Shown one piece after another: positions 32,412 through 41,991 of a stretch of DNA of 64,000 nt. The notes under the pieces are model-generated. The model had not been told where the DNA came from and did no database searches. It worked only from the letters and a program-made list of their open reading frames with translations. The position numbers and the translations under genes were made by a program. Within the stretch, counting starts at the first letter, position 1; each line of letters opens with the position of its first letter. Source of the DNA: an uncultured Gemmatimonadaceae bacterium (GTDB taxonomy: Bacteria > Gemmatimonadota > Gemmatimonadetes > Gemmatimonadales > Gemmatimonadaceae); the NCBI GenBank assembly GCA_963751275.1, contig CAVVTZ010000011.1, positions 64,001-128,000 on the forward strand, written 5' to 3'.

Positions 32412-33678
32412 CCATCGTGTCGTCGGCGCCCAAGTCGGGGCTCAGACGCACCACTCTGCCGAACGGACTGACCGTACTCTCGGAGTGGTTCCGGGAGTGC
32501 GGTCGATCGCCATCGGCGCCTGGGTGCGCGCGGCGTCGGTGCACGAGCCGCGCGACCACATGGGCGTATCGCATCTGCTCGAGCACCTGGTGTTCAAGGG
32601 GACGGCCAAGCGCACCGCGCCCGAGATCGCGCTCGCGCTCGAAACGCTCGGCGGGTCGCTCGACGCGTACACGGCGCGCGAGCACACGGCCTTCCAGGCG
32701 CGCGTGCTCGACATGCATCTCGAGGTGGCGGCGGACGTGGTGGGCGATCTCGTGTTCCATCCGTTGCTGCGCGCCGACGATCTGAAGCTCGAGCGGAAGG
32801 TCGTGCTCGAGGAGATCGCGATGGTGGACGACACGCCCGACGATCTCGTCTTCGAGTTGCACAACGAGGCGATGTGGGCGGCGCATCCATACGGCTACCA
32901 GATCCTCGGTACGCGCGACACCGTCGGGAGGCTCGGCGTGAAGGAGTTGAAGGAACTGCACGCGCGCGCGTACCACCCGCCGCAGATCGTGGTCGCCTGC
33001 GCCGGCAACGTCGAGCATGACGCGCTGCTCGAGGCGCTCGAGCGCACGGGCTGGACCGGCATGCCGCGCGGCGACGAACGTCCGCTGCAGTCGCCGGCGC
33101 TCGCGCCCACCGTGCCCGGCGCACAGCACGTGCAGCGCGAGGGCGCGCAGACGCACATCGTCTTCGGATCGCCCACCGTGGCCTACGGCGACGCGCGGCG
33201 CTATGCCGTGGCGCTCGTGGACACGATCCTGGGCGGCGGCATGAGCTCGCGCCTCTTCCAGCGCGTGCGCGAAGAACTGGGCCTCGCGTACGACGTGCAC
33301 ACCTTCCAGACGTTCCACCCCGACACCGGCGTGCACGGCGTGTACGTGGGCACGGGCCCCGACACGGCGCAGGCCGCCGCGACCGCGGTGCGCGACGAAC
33401 TCGCGCGCCTCGCGGCCGACTCGCTCACCGACGAGGAACTGGCGTCGGGCAAGCGGCAGTTGGCGGGCTCGGTCACGCTCTCGCTCGAGAGCGTGACGTC
33501 GCGCATGTACCGCGCCGCGAGCTCGGCGTTGTATGATGAGCCATACCGCACGCTGGATGAAACGCTCGCATTGATCGACGCGATCACGGCCGCCGAGGTG
33601 AAGGCTGTCTGCCGCGAATTCTACGATCCCGCGAAACAGACGATTCTCAGCCTCGGCCCCACGCCCGCCGTCCCATAA
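32408..33678 (+). CDS. M16 (pitrilysin) family zinc peptidase (frameshift near 32495)
   Basis: TTLPNGLTV, HLLEH (HxxEH), LGGGMSSRLFQRVREELGLAY. Confidence 0.92.
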
Positions 33679-33700
33679 GGAGCTGGTAGCAGTTGTCGTC

Positions 33701-33788
33701 ATCATGTTCCATCATGTGCATCCTGTCGAATGCTTTGTTGTTCGAGATCTCAAACTGCCTTGGACAGGATTAACATGGTTCACATGAT
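33701..33788. repeat. Family C AT-rich imperfect palindrome with 9-10 bp periodic arms
   Basis: ATCATGTTCCATCATGTGCATCCTGTC / GACAGGATTAACATGGTTCACATGAT. Confidence 0.75.
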
Positions 33789-33880
33789 TTGCTTTGAACA
33801 CGTGAGTGGTGTCCCCTAGCGCCAGCGAATCGGCCCCGCAGATTCATCCTGTCTCGCACTAAACCCTACCGACCAATCCC

Positions 33881-34996
33881 ATGAAGATCGGCGTACCGAA
33901 AGAGATCAAGACCAACGAGAATCGCGTGGCGCTCGTGCCCGCGGGCGCGGAAGCGCTCGTGTCGGCCGGCCACAGTGTGAGCATCGAGAAGGGCGCGGGC
34001 GAAGGCTCGGGCTTCTCCGACGAGATGTTCACCAAGGTGGGCGCCAAGATCGCGTCGAACGCCGACGCCACCTGGGCGGACGCCGACATGATCATGAAGG
34101 TGAAGGAACCGATCGAGCCCGAGTGGAAGCGCATGAAGAAGGGGCAGACGATCTTCACCTATTTCCATTTCGCGGCCGACGAGAAGCTCACCAAGGCGCA
34201 CATCGCGAGCGGCGCGGTCTGCATCGCGTACGAGACCGTGGAGCTGCCGAGCGGCGAGCTGCCGCTGCTGACGCCGATGAGCGAGGTCGCGGGGCGGATG
34301 GCGGTGCAGGAGGGGGCGAAGTACCTCGAGAAGCTGCACGGCGGGCGCGGCGTGCTGCTGGGCGGCGTGCCGGGCGTGCCACCGGGCAAGGTGGTGATCC
34401 TGGGCGGCGGCGTGGTGGGCACGAACGCCGCGAAGATGGCGGCCGGCCTCGGCGCCAAGGTGACGATCCTGGATCTCTCGCTGGAGCGCCTGCGCTACCT
34501 GAGCGACGTGATGCCGGCCAACGTGCAGCTCGTGTACTCGAACCGCCACACCATTCTCGAGCAGATCTCGAGTGCCGATCTCGTCGTGGGCGCGGTGCTC
34601 GTCGTGGGCGCGAAGGCGCCGCGGCTGATCCGCCGCGAGGACCTCAAGCTCATGCAGCCGGGCTCGGTGATCGTGGACGTGGCGATCGACCAGGGCGGCT
34701 GCGTGGAGACGATCCATGCGACCACGCACGAGAACCCCGTGTACACCGTGGATGGCGTGATCCACTACGGCGTGGCGAACATGCCCGGCGGCGTGTCGCG
34801 CACGAGCACGCTGGCGCTGACGAATGCGACCTTCCCGTACGCTTTGAAGCTCGCGCAGAAGGGATGGAAGAAGGCGCTGAAGGAGGATCCGGCGCTGGCG
34901 AAGGGGCTGAACGTCGTCGAGGGCGCGGTCGTGTATCCGGCGGTCGCCGAGGTCTTCGGGATGAAGAGCGAACCGCTGAGCAAATACTTGGATTGA
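33881..34996 (+). CDS. ald: Alanine dehydrogenase
   Basis: IGVPKEIKTNENRV, KVKEP, LLTPMSEVAGR, DVAIDQGG, YGVANMPG. Confidence 0.97.
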   Translation: MKIGVPKEIKTNENRVALVPAGAEALVSAGHSVSIEKGAGEGSGFSDEMFTKVGAKIASNADATWADADMIMKVKEPIEPEWKRMKKGQTIFTYFHFAADEKLTKAHIASGAVCIAYETVELPSGELPLLTPMSEVAGRMAVQEGAKYLEKLHGGRGVLLGGVPGVPPGKVVILGGGVVGTNAAKMAAGLGAKVTILDLSLERLRYLSDVMPANVQLVYSNRHTILEQISSADLVVGAVLVVGAKAPRLIRREDLKLMQPGSVIVDVAIDQGGCVETIHATTHENPVYTVDGVIHYGVANMPGGVSRTSTLALTNATFPYALKLAQKGWKKALKEDPALAKGLNVVEGAVVYPAVAEVFGMKSEPLSKYLD

Positions 34997-35004
34997 CGAC
35001 CAGG

Positions 35005-35130
35005 CGAACCTCGAACCGCGTTCTTCGTCCCCCAAACTCCGTCAGTTGAGAATGAGTCGTGCGTAACGACACGAACCACTCAGGTTCGACTCACGGAGTC
35101 CGGGTGACCAATGACGCGGTTCGAGGTTCG
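35005..35130. repeat. Family A long palindrome, copy 3 (degenerate)
   Basis: CGAACCTCGAACCGCGT..GTCCCCCAAACTCCGT / ACGGAGTCCGGGTGACCAATGACGCGGTTCGAGGTTCG. Confidence 0.85.
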
Positions 35131-35913
35131 ACTCACGTCATTGCTTCGTTTCCGCCTATCCTGTGTTATCACAAAGTTGAGCCGCGTCACGAGTTGGGTG
35201 TGACGCGGCTTTCACCTATCCGGTTCGCGCGGCAGATCGAACGGCTCGCGCGGGCGGGGTGGCGGACGCTCACGCTCGGCGAGATCATCGCGTGCGCGCG
35301 GGGAGAGCGGGCGGTCGGTGAGCGGGAGCTCGCCATCACGTTCGACGATGCGTATCGCGGCTTGCGCGAGCATGCCTTCCCGGTGCTCGCCGCGCAGGGG
35401 TTCACCGCGGCCTGCTTCGTGATCACCGACTACGCGGGCAGGCTCAACCGCTGGGACGTGGCGTACGGAGGACGCCGCTTCGCGCATCTCGCGTGGCGAG
35501 ACATCGAGCGGGCGCGAGAGCGGGGGATCGAGTTCGCGTCACATACCGCGACCCATCCGCGGCTCACGTGGCTCAGCGACGCGGCGGTGCGCAAGGAATT
35601 CCGCCGCTCGCGTGAGACGCTCGAACTGGCGCTCGGGGAGCCGTGCGATGTGGTGAGCTATCCCTTCGGCGCGGCGGGCGACCGCGAGGCCGCGCTGGCG
35701 AGGGACGCGGGATACACGGCCGGCTTCGCGCTCGCCATGGGTCGGCACGGCGATGTAATGCGCATTCCGCGCACGCCGGTGTATCTGTGGAGCCCGCCCA
35801 TGCCCGCCGTCGGCCTGCTGGCTCCGCTGGAGCGGCTCGCCGCGGCGGGCGCGAACCGTTGCGCCGTGGGAACGTCGATCATCCAGCGCCTCGGCATGCA
35901 CCGCGCCAGTTGA
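35104..35913 (+). CDS. Polysaccharide deacetylase (CE4/NodB); start uncertain
   Basis: PILCYHKV, ITFDDAY, SHTATHP, SYPFG. Confidence 0.88.
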   Translation: MTNDAVRGSTHVIASFPPILCYHKVEPRHELGVTRLSPIRFARQIERLARAGWRTLTLGEIIACARGERAVGERELAITFDDAYRGLREHAFPVLAAQGFTAACFVITDYAGRLNRWDVAYGGRRFAHLAWRDIERARERGIEFASHTATHPRLTWLSDAAVRKEFRRSRETLELALGEPCDVVSYPFGAAGDREAALARDAGYTAGFALAMGRHGDVMRIPRTPVYLWSPPMPAVGLLAPLERLAAAGANRCAVGTSIIQRLGMHRAS

Positions 35914-35967
35914 GCCCAATGACCACATCCTGACCCTACCATGCTGGAAGCGAGCAGGAGAATCGAC

Positions 35968-36231
35968 ATGAGCGTGCAAGAACGCTTCAATCGTACGGGT
36001 TTTTCCCGCTTCATCAACAGCCGCGCCGGGATCCTCTTCCGCCTCGCCGCCGGCACGGCGTTCCTCGTGGGCGGCTTCCTGTACCGGCAGCACCCGCTTG
36101 GCGTCGCGTCCATGGTGTGGAGCATTCTTCCATTGACCGCCGGCGGGTTCGACTGGTGCTATATCAGCGCCGTGCTCGGAGGCCCTCTCCGCGGCCGCGA
36201 CATCCGGTCGGCGCGCGGTGACCATGGCTGA
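35968..36231 (+). CDS. Small membrane protein, DUF2892/YgaP-like
   Basis: Two hydrophobic helices, LTAGGFDWCYISAVLG. Confidence 0.65.
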   Translation: MSVQERFNRTGFSRFINSRAGILFRLAAGTAFLVGGFLYRQHPLGVASMVWSILPLTAGGFDWCYISAVLGGPLRGRDIRSARGDHG

Positions 36232-36465
36232 TACCATTGGGCTCCTCGCCAACCTCGCGCTCGCGCTCTCGTTCATCGTCGGGCTCATCTTCGGCATCCA
36301 GCAGGTGCGCGCGGCGGCGCGCGACCGCCGCGAGCGGTTGACGCTCGAGACGCTCGCGACCTTCCAGACGCGGGAGTTCACCGAATTGATGTACTGGATC
36401 CTCTCGGGGAGCGCATGGCGAAAGCGCCCCGGCAGCCGTTCCACCTGAGGGCTGGATCGCGGTGA
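36224..36465 (+). pseudogene. Truncated DUF4760-like protein (probable internal deletion)
   Basis: N-terminal TM (LALSFIVGLIFGIQQVR) ends abruptly after WILS; a plausible C-terminus (ERMAKAPRQPFHL) follows in another frame. Confidence 0.4.
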
Positions 36466-36507
36466 CCATTGGCGAAGGGCTGCTTCCGGAGTCCTAGCCG
36501 CGAGCCG

Positions 36508-36987
36508 CTAGCGTGACCGGCGCTTCCGCGGCGCCCGTTTCTTCTTCGGCGCGCGCTCCGTCGCGACCGCGTCACGGAACCAGAGCGGTACGCCGTAATC
36601 GTACAGGAGCTCCTCGCCCGCCTTGATGTCGCGCAGCGCGACCACGGACATCGTCTCCGGCTCCGGGCCATCGTCGAACTCGACGTTCGGGGAACCCGAG
36701 TGGTTGTAGAGCATGAGCAGGCCGCAGCCCATCGCGATCTCCTTGCCGGGCTCATCGCTCCAGTACAGGAGATAGTGATCGGGCACGGTATCGCGGTGCT
36801 CGTGATCGAGCAGGTCCTCCGCGGGCACCACGATCACGGGAGACCGCTCCAGCTCCGTTCCCGCGGCGCAGTCCACGCGCGCGATGACACCGCGTCCCTT
36901 GCCGGGGATCATGCCCCAGGTGACGAGTGCGTGCGGCCGGTCGCGAAGGGTCCGATCGGTGCGGTTGGTGCGTCGTGCCTCGGGCAT
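36508..36987 (-). CDS. SET-domain lysine methyltransferase
   Basis: GKGRGV, LYNHSGSPN, ALRDIKAGEELLYDYG. Confidence 0.9.
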   Translation of the reverse strand: MPEARRTNRTDRTLRDRPHALVTWGMIPGKGRGVIARVDCAAGTELERSPVIVVPAEDLLDHEHRDTVPDHYLLYWSDEPGKEIAMGCGLLMLYNHSGSPNVEFDDGPEPETMSVVALRDIKAGEELLYDYGVPLWFRDAVATERAPKKKRAPRKRRSR

Positions 36988-37121
36988 GGATGCTCTCACA
37001 GTGAGTTCCGGCGTCGCGCTATGGCGCGCGGTCCGTTCTCGACGCAAAATGGTGGCGCGCGCGGCCGGATGCAATTTCCGGGTCGCCGCGCCCGTTCGTC
37101 TCTCGCCCCGTGCAGGATGAC

Positions 37122-37496
37122 ATGACCGTCGATCGCAAGACGCTCGCCCGGCAGTACAAGGAGACGCCTCGCACGATGGGCGTCGGCGCGGTGCGCAACA
37201 AGGCGAGCGGCAAGACGCTCGTCTTCTCGAGTCGTGATCTGCCGGCGCTCCTGACGCGGCACGAGTCGCAGCTGCGATTGAAGGGACATCCGAACCATGC
37301 GCTCCAGGCGGACTGGAACACGCTCGGCCCCGAGGGATTCGAGTTCATCGTGCTCGATACCCTGGCGCCGGCGGAATCGCCGGACTATGACGCGACCGCC
37401 GATCTGCGCACACTCGAAGGGCTCTGGATGGAGAAGCTCGCTCCGTTCGAGCCCGCCGGGTACCATCACCGCAAGGCTGGGCCGCCCGCGCACTGA
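37122..37496 (+). CDS. GIY-YIG family protein (small LuxR-associated type)
   Basis: YKETPRTMGVGAVRN, HPNHALQADWNTLGPEGFEF. Confidence 0.75.
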   Translation: MTVDRKTLARQYKETPRTMGVGAVRNKASGKTLVFSSRDLPALLTRHESQLRLKGHPNHALQADWNTLGPEGFEFIVLDTLAPAESPDYDATADLRTLEGLWMEKLAPFEPAGYHHRKAGPPAH

Positions 37497-37538
37497 GCGC
37501 ACGCGTGCGAGGCCGCCCACTGACTGGAACCCGCGGCT

Positions 37539-37568
37539 TTGACGCGCGTAGTGAGGGGCGCGTAGATT
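37539..37568 (+). promoter_or_regulatory. Sigma70-like promoter
   Basis: TTGACG-N18-TAGATT upstream of an AGGAGG RBS and ATG 37610. Confidence 0.5.
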
Positions 37569-37609
37569 CGACCCCGCAGCCCAGCAACGTCCCGTGTCCA
37601 GGAGGATCT

Positions 37610-38185
37610 ATGAAAAGGATGATCGTCGCCGCCGGCTTCGCGATGCTCGCTCCACTCGCGGTCAGTTCGGCCCAGCAGATGCCGCAGCCCAGCGCGCCGG
37701 GCACCGTGATCGTCTCCGCGATACACGGCTTCGGCATGCAGTACGGCGCGTGGCTCATGACGGCCTTCGATTCGATCCCGGCGGATAAGTACGGCTACAA
37801 GCCGACGCCCAAGCAGATGTCGATCGGCGAAGTCGCGGCCCACCTCGAGGGTGCGAACTACGCGCTGTGCACCAAGTTCAGCGGAACGGCGCATCCGATG
37901 ACGGCTCGCGACTCGACCGCAGACTCGGTGAAGGCGATGTGGCCCAAGGACACCCTGGTCGCGCGGCTCAAGGCATCGTTCGCCTTCTGCCACACGGCGC
38001 TCAGCGCTGTCACCGATGCGCAGCTGACCGATTCAATGCCGGGCTTTGCGCCGGGCCGGAAGATCGTTCGCGCGCGACTCGTGGACATCTTCGTGCTCGA
38101 CCTCGTCGATCACTACAGCCAGATCGCGATCTACATGCGCCTCAACGGCATGCTCCCGCCGTCGGCGTATCCGAGGAAGATGTAA
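37610..38185 (+). CDS. Secreted DinB/DUF664-family protein
   Basis: Signal peptide, YGYKPTP, HYSQIAIYMRLNGMLPP. Confidence 0.85.
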   Translation: MKRMIVAAGFAMLAPLAVSSAQQMPQPSAPGTVIVSAIHGFGMQYGAWLMTAFDSIPADKYGYKPTPKQMSIGEVAAHLEGANYALCTKFSGTAHPMTARDSTADSVKAMWPKDTLVARLKASFAFCHTALSAVTDAQLTDSMPGFAPGRKIVRARLVDIFVLDLVDHYSQIAIYMRLNGMLPPSAYPRKM

Positions 38186-38296
38186 CGACACGCCCTCCGG
38201 GCCGCCGGGGCACTTTCACCGGCGGCCCGGAAGCAGTATGGTTGGGCGTTCCTGGTCCCAGCAGTGCTCCGCCAGCCAGGAGGCGTCAGCGAACCC

Positions 38297-39058
38297 ATGC
38301 TCACGGCTTCTCCTCCCACCCAGCCCGTCGCGCCCAAAGAGCGACCCACCGCGGTCAAGGTCGCGCTGCGCCTGCTGCTGCACGGCGTCTTCCTCGTGAT
38401 CGCCGTCGGCTGCTTCATGGCGTACGAGCACTTCAAGGTCGCGGGCCAATCCACGGCGTCGCTCGTGAGTCTCGCGGGCGCCGGCGGTTTCGGATTCGCC
38501 CCGGTACGCGATGTGTTGCGCCTCTTCTTCGCGGTGGAGGGGAAGACGCTGCATCTCCTCCACGGACTCGGCGGTCTCGGACTGCTCTCGCTGCCGCTCT
38601 TCGGATTCGTCTCCGGCGGACCGCTCATGTCGCACGCGGCCATGGCGCCTTTCGCGATCATGGGCGCCGCGCAGGCGGTGATGCACCAGGACCACCCGCG
38701 CAACGCGAAGCAGGCCACCGCGCTCCGCACGTTCGCGTCGAGCCTGCCCGAGGTCGCGGAGTTCACGAGTTCCAAGGATCTCACATCGCCGGCGAACGCG
38801 GAGCGCGCGGTGAAGGTGCTCACCGATATCATCGGCAAAGCGCAGGTGCTCGGCGAAACGGAGCTGCAGGCCGATCCGCAATTCCAGAGCGCGCTCGGCC
38901 AGGTCTCGGCGCGCACGGGCGTGAATCTCGGGCTCGACGCGGTGAATCTTGCGCTCGACCGGCTGGCCGCGAACCCCGCCACCGCGGCCATGGTGCCGGA
39001 GCTGCGCAAGCAGCTCGCGCAGGCGCGCAAGACGTTCGCGGAGGCCTCGAGTCGCTAG
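38297..39058 (+). CDS. Hypothetical membrane protein
   Basis: Several hydrophobic segments then a helical domain; host-like codon usage. Confidence 0.7.
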   Translation: MLTASPPTQPVAPKERPTAVKVALRLLLHGVFLVIAVGCFMAYEHFKVAGQSTASLVSLAGAGGFGFAPVRDVLRLFFAVEGKTLHLLHGLGGLGLLSLPLFGFVSGGPLMSHAAMAPFAIMGAAQAVMHQDHPRNAKQATALRTFASSLPEVAEFTSSKDLTSPANAERAVKVLTDIIGKAQVLGETELQADPQFQSALGQVSARTGVNLGLDAVNLALDRLAANPATAAMVPELRKQLAQARKTFAEASSR

Positions 39059-39079
39059 GGGAGCGGAGTCCTAACGACG

Positions 39080-39172
39080 CGGGGCGCGGGGCTCGGGACT
39101 CGCCGCGCTGAACGAACGGGACGCGATCGTCTGTTCTCGCGTCCCGCGGCGCGTCCCGAGCCCCGCGTCCCG
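39080..39172. repeat. Family B heptamer-armed palindrome between convergent genes
   Basis: CGGGGCGCGGGGCTCGGGACTCGCCGCG / CGCGGCGCGTCCCGAGCCCCGCGTCCCG; core GAACGAAC..GTCTGTTCTCGC shared with the 12796 copy. Confidence 0.85.
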
Positions 39173-39180
39173 AACGTGAC

Positions 39181-41394
39181 CTAGCCTTGGATCGGCAGCA
39201 CTCTGACGCGCTTGCCCGTCGCGTTGAAGATCGCGTTGCAGACCGCTGGCGCGATCGCCGGCAGCGCCCCTTCGCCGATCCCCAGGGGCGGCCCGTCGCT
39301 CGGAACGAAGTGCACGTCAATGGCAGGCGCCTCCGCCATCCGGAGCGCGGGGAAGTCAGTGAAGTTGCCCTGCTGCACGCGGCCGTCCTCCACGGTGATC
39401 TTCTCCATCAGCGCCGCCGAGAGCCCGTAGATGATCGCGCCCTGCACCTGCGCCTCGGCGCCGCTCACGTTCACCACCGTCCCGATGTCCGCGGCAGCGA
39501 CGACGCGATCGACCTTCACCTTCCCGTTCGCATCGACGGTCACCTCGGCGACTTCGGCGACATAGGCGCCGTTGTTGTGGCCGCCCGCGAGACCGCGGCC
39601 GCGGCCGGCGGGCATCGGCTTGCCCCAGTCGCCTTTCGCCGCGGCGAGCTGGAACACGGCGCTCATGCGCGCCGGATCGTACGGAAGACGCCGGTCGACG
39701 GCGGCGGGCTTCGCGAGCATCGCGAGCCGCATCTCGAGCGGATCGCGCTTGGCGGCGTGCGCCACCTCGTCGAAGAAGCAGTCGATCGCGAAGCTGCTCG
39801 ATGAATTGTCGATCGCGCGCCACTGGCCGAGCGGGATCGTGGGTGCGAGTCGCGAGGCCTCGAGGCTGAAGTTCGCGAGGAATCCCGAGGGGAAATCGCC
39901 GCGGTCGGTCTCGCCGCGGCCGGCGGGCCACACTGTTGCACCGGCGGGCATTTCCCATTCGAGGAACTCGCCGCGCGCGGCGTTGATGATGTGGTACGTC
40001 CACGCGAGGAGCGCACCGTTGGCGTCGAGCCCCGCGCGCATCGCGAACACCGCCGACGGCCGGAAGAAGCCGAAGCGCACATCGTCCTCACGCGTCCATA
40101 CGACCTGCACCGGCGCGCCGGCGGCGCGCGAGAGGAGCGCGGCCTCCACGGCGTAGTCGGCATAGAATCGGCGTCCGAAGCCGCCGCCCGACCGGGTGAC
40201 GTGGATCTCCACGTCGTCACCGGCGAACCCGAGCGCGCGCTCGACAGCTTGATGCACTCCCTCCGGGTTCTGGCAGGGCGCCCACACCGTGCAGCGGGTG
40301 CCGCGCACATCGGCCACGCAGTTCATCGGCTCCATCGGCGTGTGCGCGAGGAGCGGCACCTCGTACACCGCCTCGACAACCTGCGCGGCGCCGCGCATCG
40401 CGGCGGCGACGTTGCCGTCGGCGAGCTGCACGGCATCGGCGGGTTTCGCGGCCAGCGCGAGCGCCTGATCGCGCATCTTCGAGGAACTCACCGCTGCTCC
40501 GGCACCTGGCGTCCACTCGATCGCGAGCGCCGTCCGCGCCTTCATCGCCGCCCACGTGGACGTCGCGAGCACCGCGACGCCATCGCGAGGGCGCGGATTA
40601 TCCTCGCCGAAGCTCGGGAGCACGCTGGCGTCGATCGGAACGACCTGCTTCACGCCGGGCATCGCGAGCGCCTTCGCGCCATCGAACTTGGCGACGCGCG
40701 CACCGTACGTCGGCGCGCGCTCGATCGACGCGACGAGCATCCCGGGCACCCGCTGATCCAGGCCGAACTTCGCGCTGCCGCGCACGATCGACTCGGCGTC
40801 CACGGAAGTCTGCCGCGTGCCGATCAGGCGGTAGGCGCTCGCGGGTTTGAGCGGCACGTCGGCGGGCACGGGCAGGAGCGCCGCGGCGGCCGCGAGCTCG
40901 CCGTAGCCCAGACGGCGTCCCGTGGACAGATGGATCACCTGTCCGCGCTCCGTGCCGCAATCCGAGGAAAGCACCGACCACTTCGCGGCGCCCGCGGCGA
41001 CGAGCAGCGCGCGCGTGGTCGCGCCGGCCTGGCGCATCGGGTCCCAGCTCAGGCGCACGCTGCTGCTGCCGCCCGACCATTGCCCGCCGTAGCGGAGGGC
41101 GAAATCCGCCTGCGCGATGTGCACGCGGCTCCAGTCCGCGTCGAGTTCGTCGGCGATCATCATCGGGAGCGACGTGCGCGTGCCCTGGCCCATGTCGGGG
41201 CGGGGGACGGTGAGCGTCACCGTGCCGTCGGGATCGATGCGAATGAAGGGATCCGGCTCCCACGGGGCGATGTTCGGCTGGCCCGCCAGTGCGAACGCGC
41301 GCGGGATCGAGATCGCGACGATCATCGCGCCCGCGGCGGTTCCGCTCACGCGCAGGAATTCACGGCGGTCCAGCCCGCGCGAACCGTCGCTCAC
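39181..41394 (-). CDS. iorB: Xanthine oxidase-family molybdopterin subunit, isoquinoline 1-oxidoreductase beta-like, Tat signal
   Basis: [41 protein letters not shown]. Confidence 0.88.
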   Translation of the reverse strand: MSDGSRGLDRREFLRVSGTAAGAMIVAISIPRAFALAGQPNIAPWEPDPFIRIDPDGTVTLTVPRPDMGQGTRTSLPMMIADELDADWSRVHIAQADFALRYGGQWSGGSSSVRLSWDPMRQAGATTRALLVAAGAAKWSVLSSDCGTERGQVIHLSTGRRLGYGELAAAAALLPVPADVPLKPASAYRLIGTRQTSVDAESIVRGSAKFGLDQRVPGMLVASIERAPTYGARVAKFDGAKALAMPGVKQVVPIDASVLPSFGEDNPRPRDGVAVLATSTWAAMKARTALAIEWTPGAGAAVSSSKMRDQALALAAKPADAVQLADGNVAAAMRGAAQVVEAVYEVPLLAHTPMEPMNCVADVRGTRCTVWAPCQNPEGVHQAVERALGFAGDDVEIHVTRSGGGFGRRFYADYAVEAALLSRAAGAPVQVVWTREDDVRFGFFRPSAVFAMRAGLDANGALLAWTYHIINAARGEFLEWEMPAGATVWPAGRGETDRGDFPSGFLANFSLEASRLAPTIPLGQWRAIDNSSSSFAIDCFFDEVAHAAKRDPLEMRLAMLAKPAAVDRRLPYDPARMSAVFQLAAAKGDWGKPMPAGRGRGLAGGHNNGAYVAEVAEVTVDANGKVKVDRVVAAADIGTVVNVSGAEAQVQGAIIYGLSAALMEKITVEDGRVQQGNFTDFPALRMAEAPAIDVHFVPSDGPPLGIGEGALPAIAPAVCNAIFNATGKRVRVLPIQG

Positions 41395-41858
41395 TTCGCC
41401 GCTCCATTCGCGCCGGCCGCGCGATGGATCGCCGCGCGGATGCGCACGTACGTCCCGCAGCGGCAGATATTCGTCATCGCCGCATCGATCTCCGCATCGG
41501 TCGGATGCGGCGTGCGCGCGAGCAGCGCCGTGGCGGCGAGGATCTGTCCGGCCTGGCAATAACCACACTGCGGGACGTCCTCAGCGATCCACGCGGCCTG
41601 AACGGCGCTGAGCCCCTTCGCCGTGGCGAGCCCTTCGATCGTGACCACCTTGTGCGTGCCGATCGCCGAGAGCGGAACTTGGCAGGAGCGCGCGGGCTGG
41701 CCGTCGAGGAAGACCGTGCACGCGCCGCACGCGCCAATGCCGCAGCCGAACTTGGTCCCCGTGAGGCTCAGGTCATCGCGAAGGACCCAGAGCAGGGGCG
41801 TGTCCGCTGAAGCAGAGACGGTGTGCGGTTTTCCGTTGACGGTCAGCGACGTCTTCAT
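41391..41858 (-). CDS. iorA: [2Fe-2S] small subunit
   Basis: [28 protein letters not shown]. Confidence 0.92.
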   Translation of the reverse strand: MKTSLTVNGKPHTVSASADTPLLWVLRDDLSLTGTKFGCGIGACGACTVFLDGQPARSCQVPLSAIGTHKVVTIEGLATAKGLSAVQAAWIAEDVPQCGYCQAGQILAATALLARTPHPTDAEIDAAMTNICRCGTYVRIRAAIHRAAGANGAAK

Positions 41859-41885
41859 CGGGCGGTCTCTCAGTCTTGGAGCGCT

Positions 41886-41983
41886 CGGGAAGCGGGAAGC
41901 GGGAAGCGGCGCGGGGTGCGATAACAGCCGGGGATCACGCGTCCCGTCCGTTCATCGCGGCGCTTCCCGCTTCCCGCTTCCCG
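41886..41983. repeat. Family B heptamer-armed palindrome
   Basis: (CGGGAAG)3 ... (CTTCCCG)3; core related to the 39080 copy in the opposite orientation. Confidence 0.9.
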
Positions 41984-41991
41984 CGCCTCGG

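Noticed and set aside
30215..32500. pnp as a pseudogene or recoded gene
   Set aside because: Many scattered indels with conserved residues retained; most simply an assembly artefact
37122..37496. GIY-YIG protein as a homing endonuclease mobilising the repeats
   Set aside because: It is the small LuxR-associated type with degenerate GIY/YIG motifs and is not flanked by the repeats
10689..41983. Palindromes as CRISPR repeats or canonical attC sites
   Set aside because: They are dispersed single copies with no repeat-spacer array, no cas or intI gene, and ends that do not match the attC consensus
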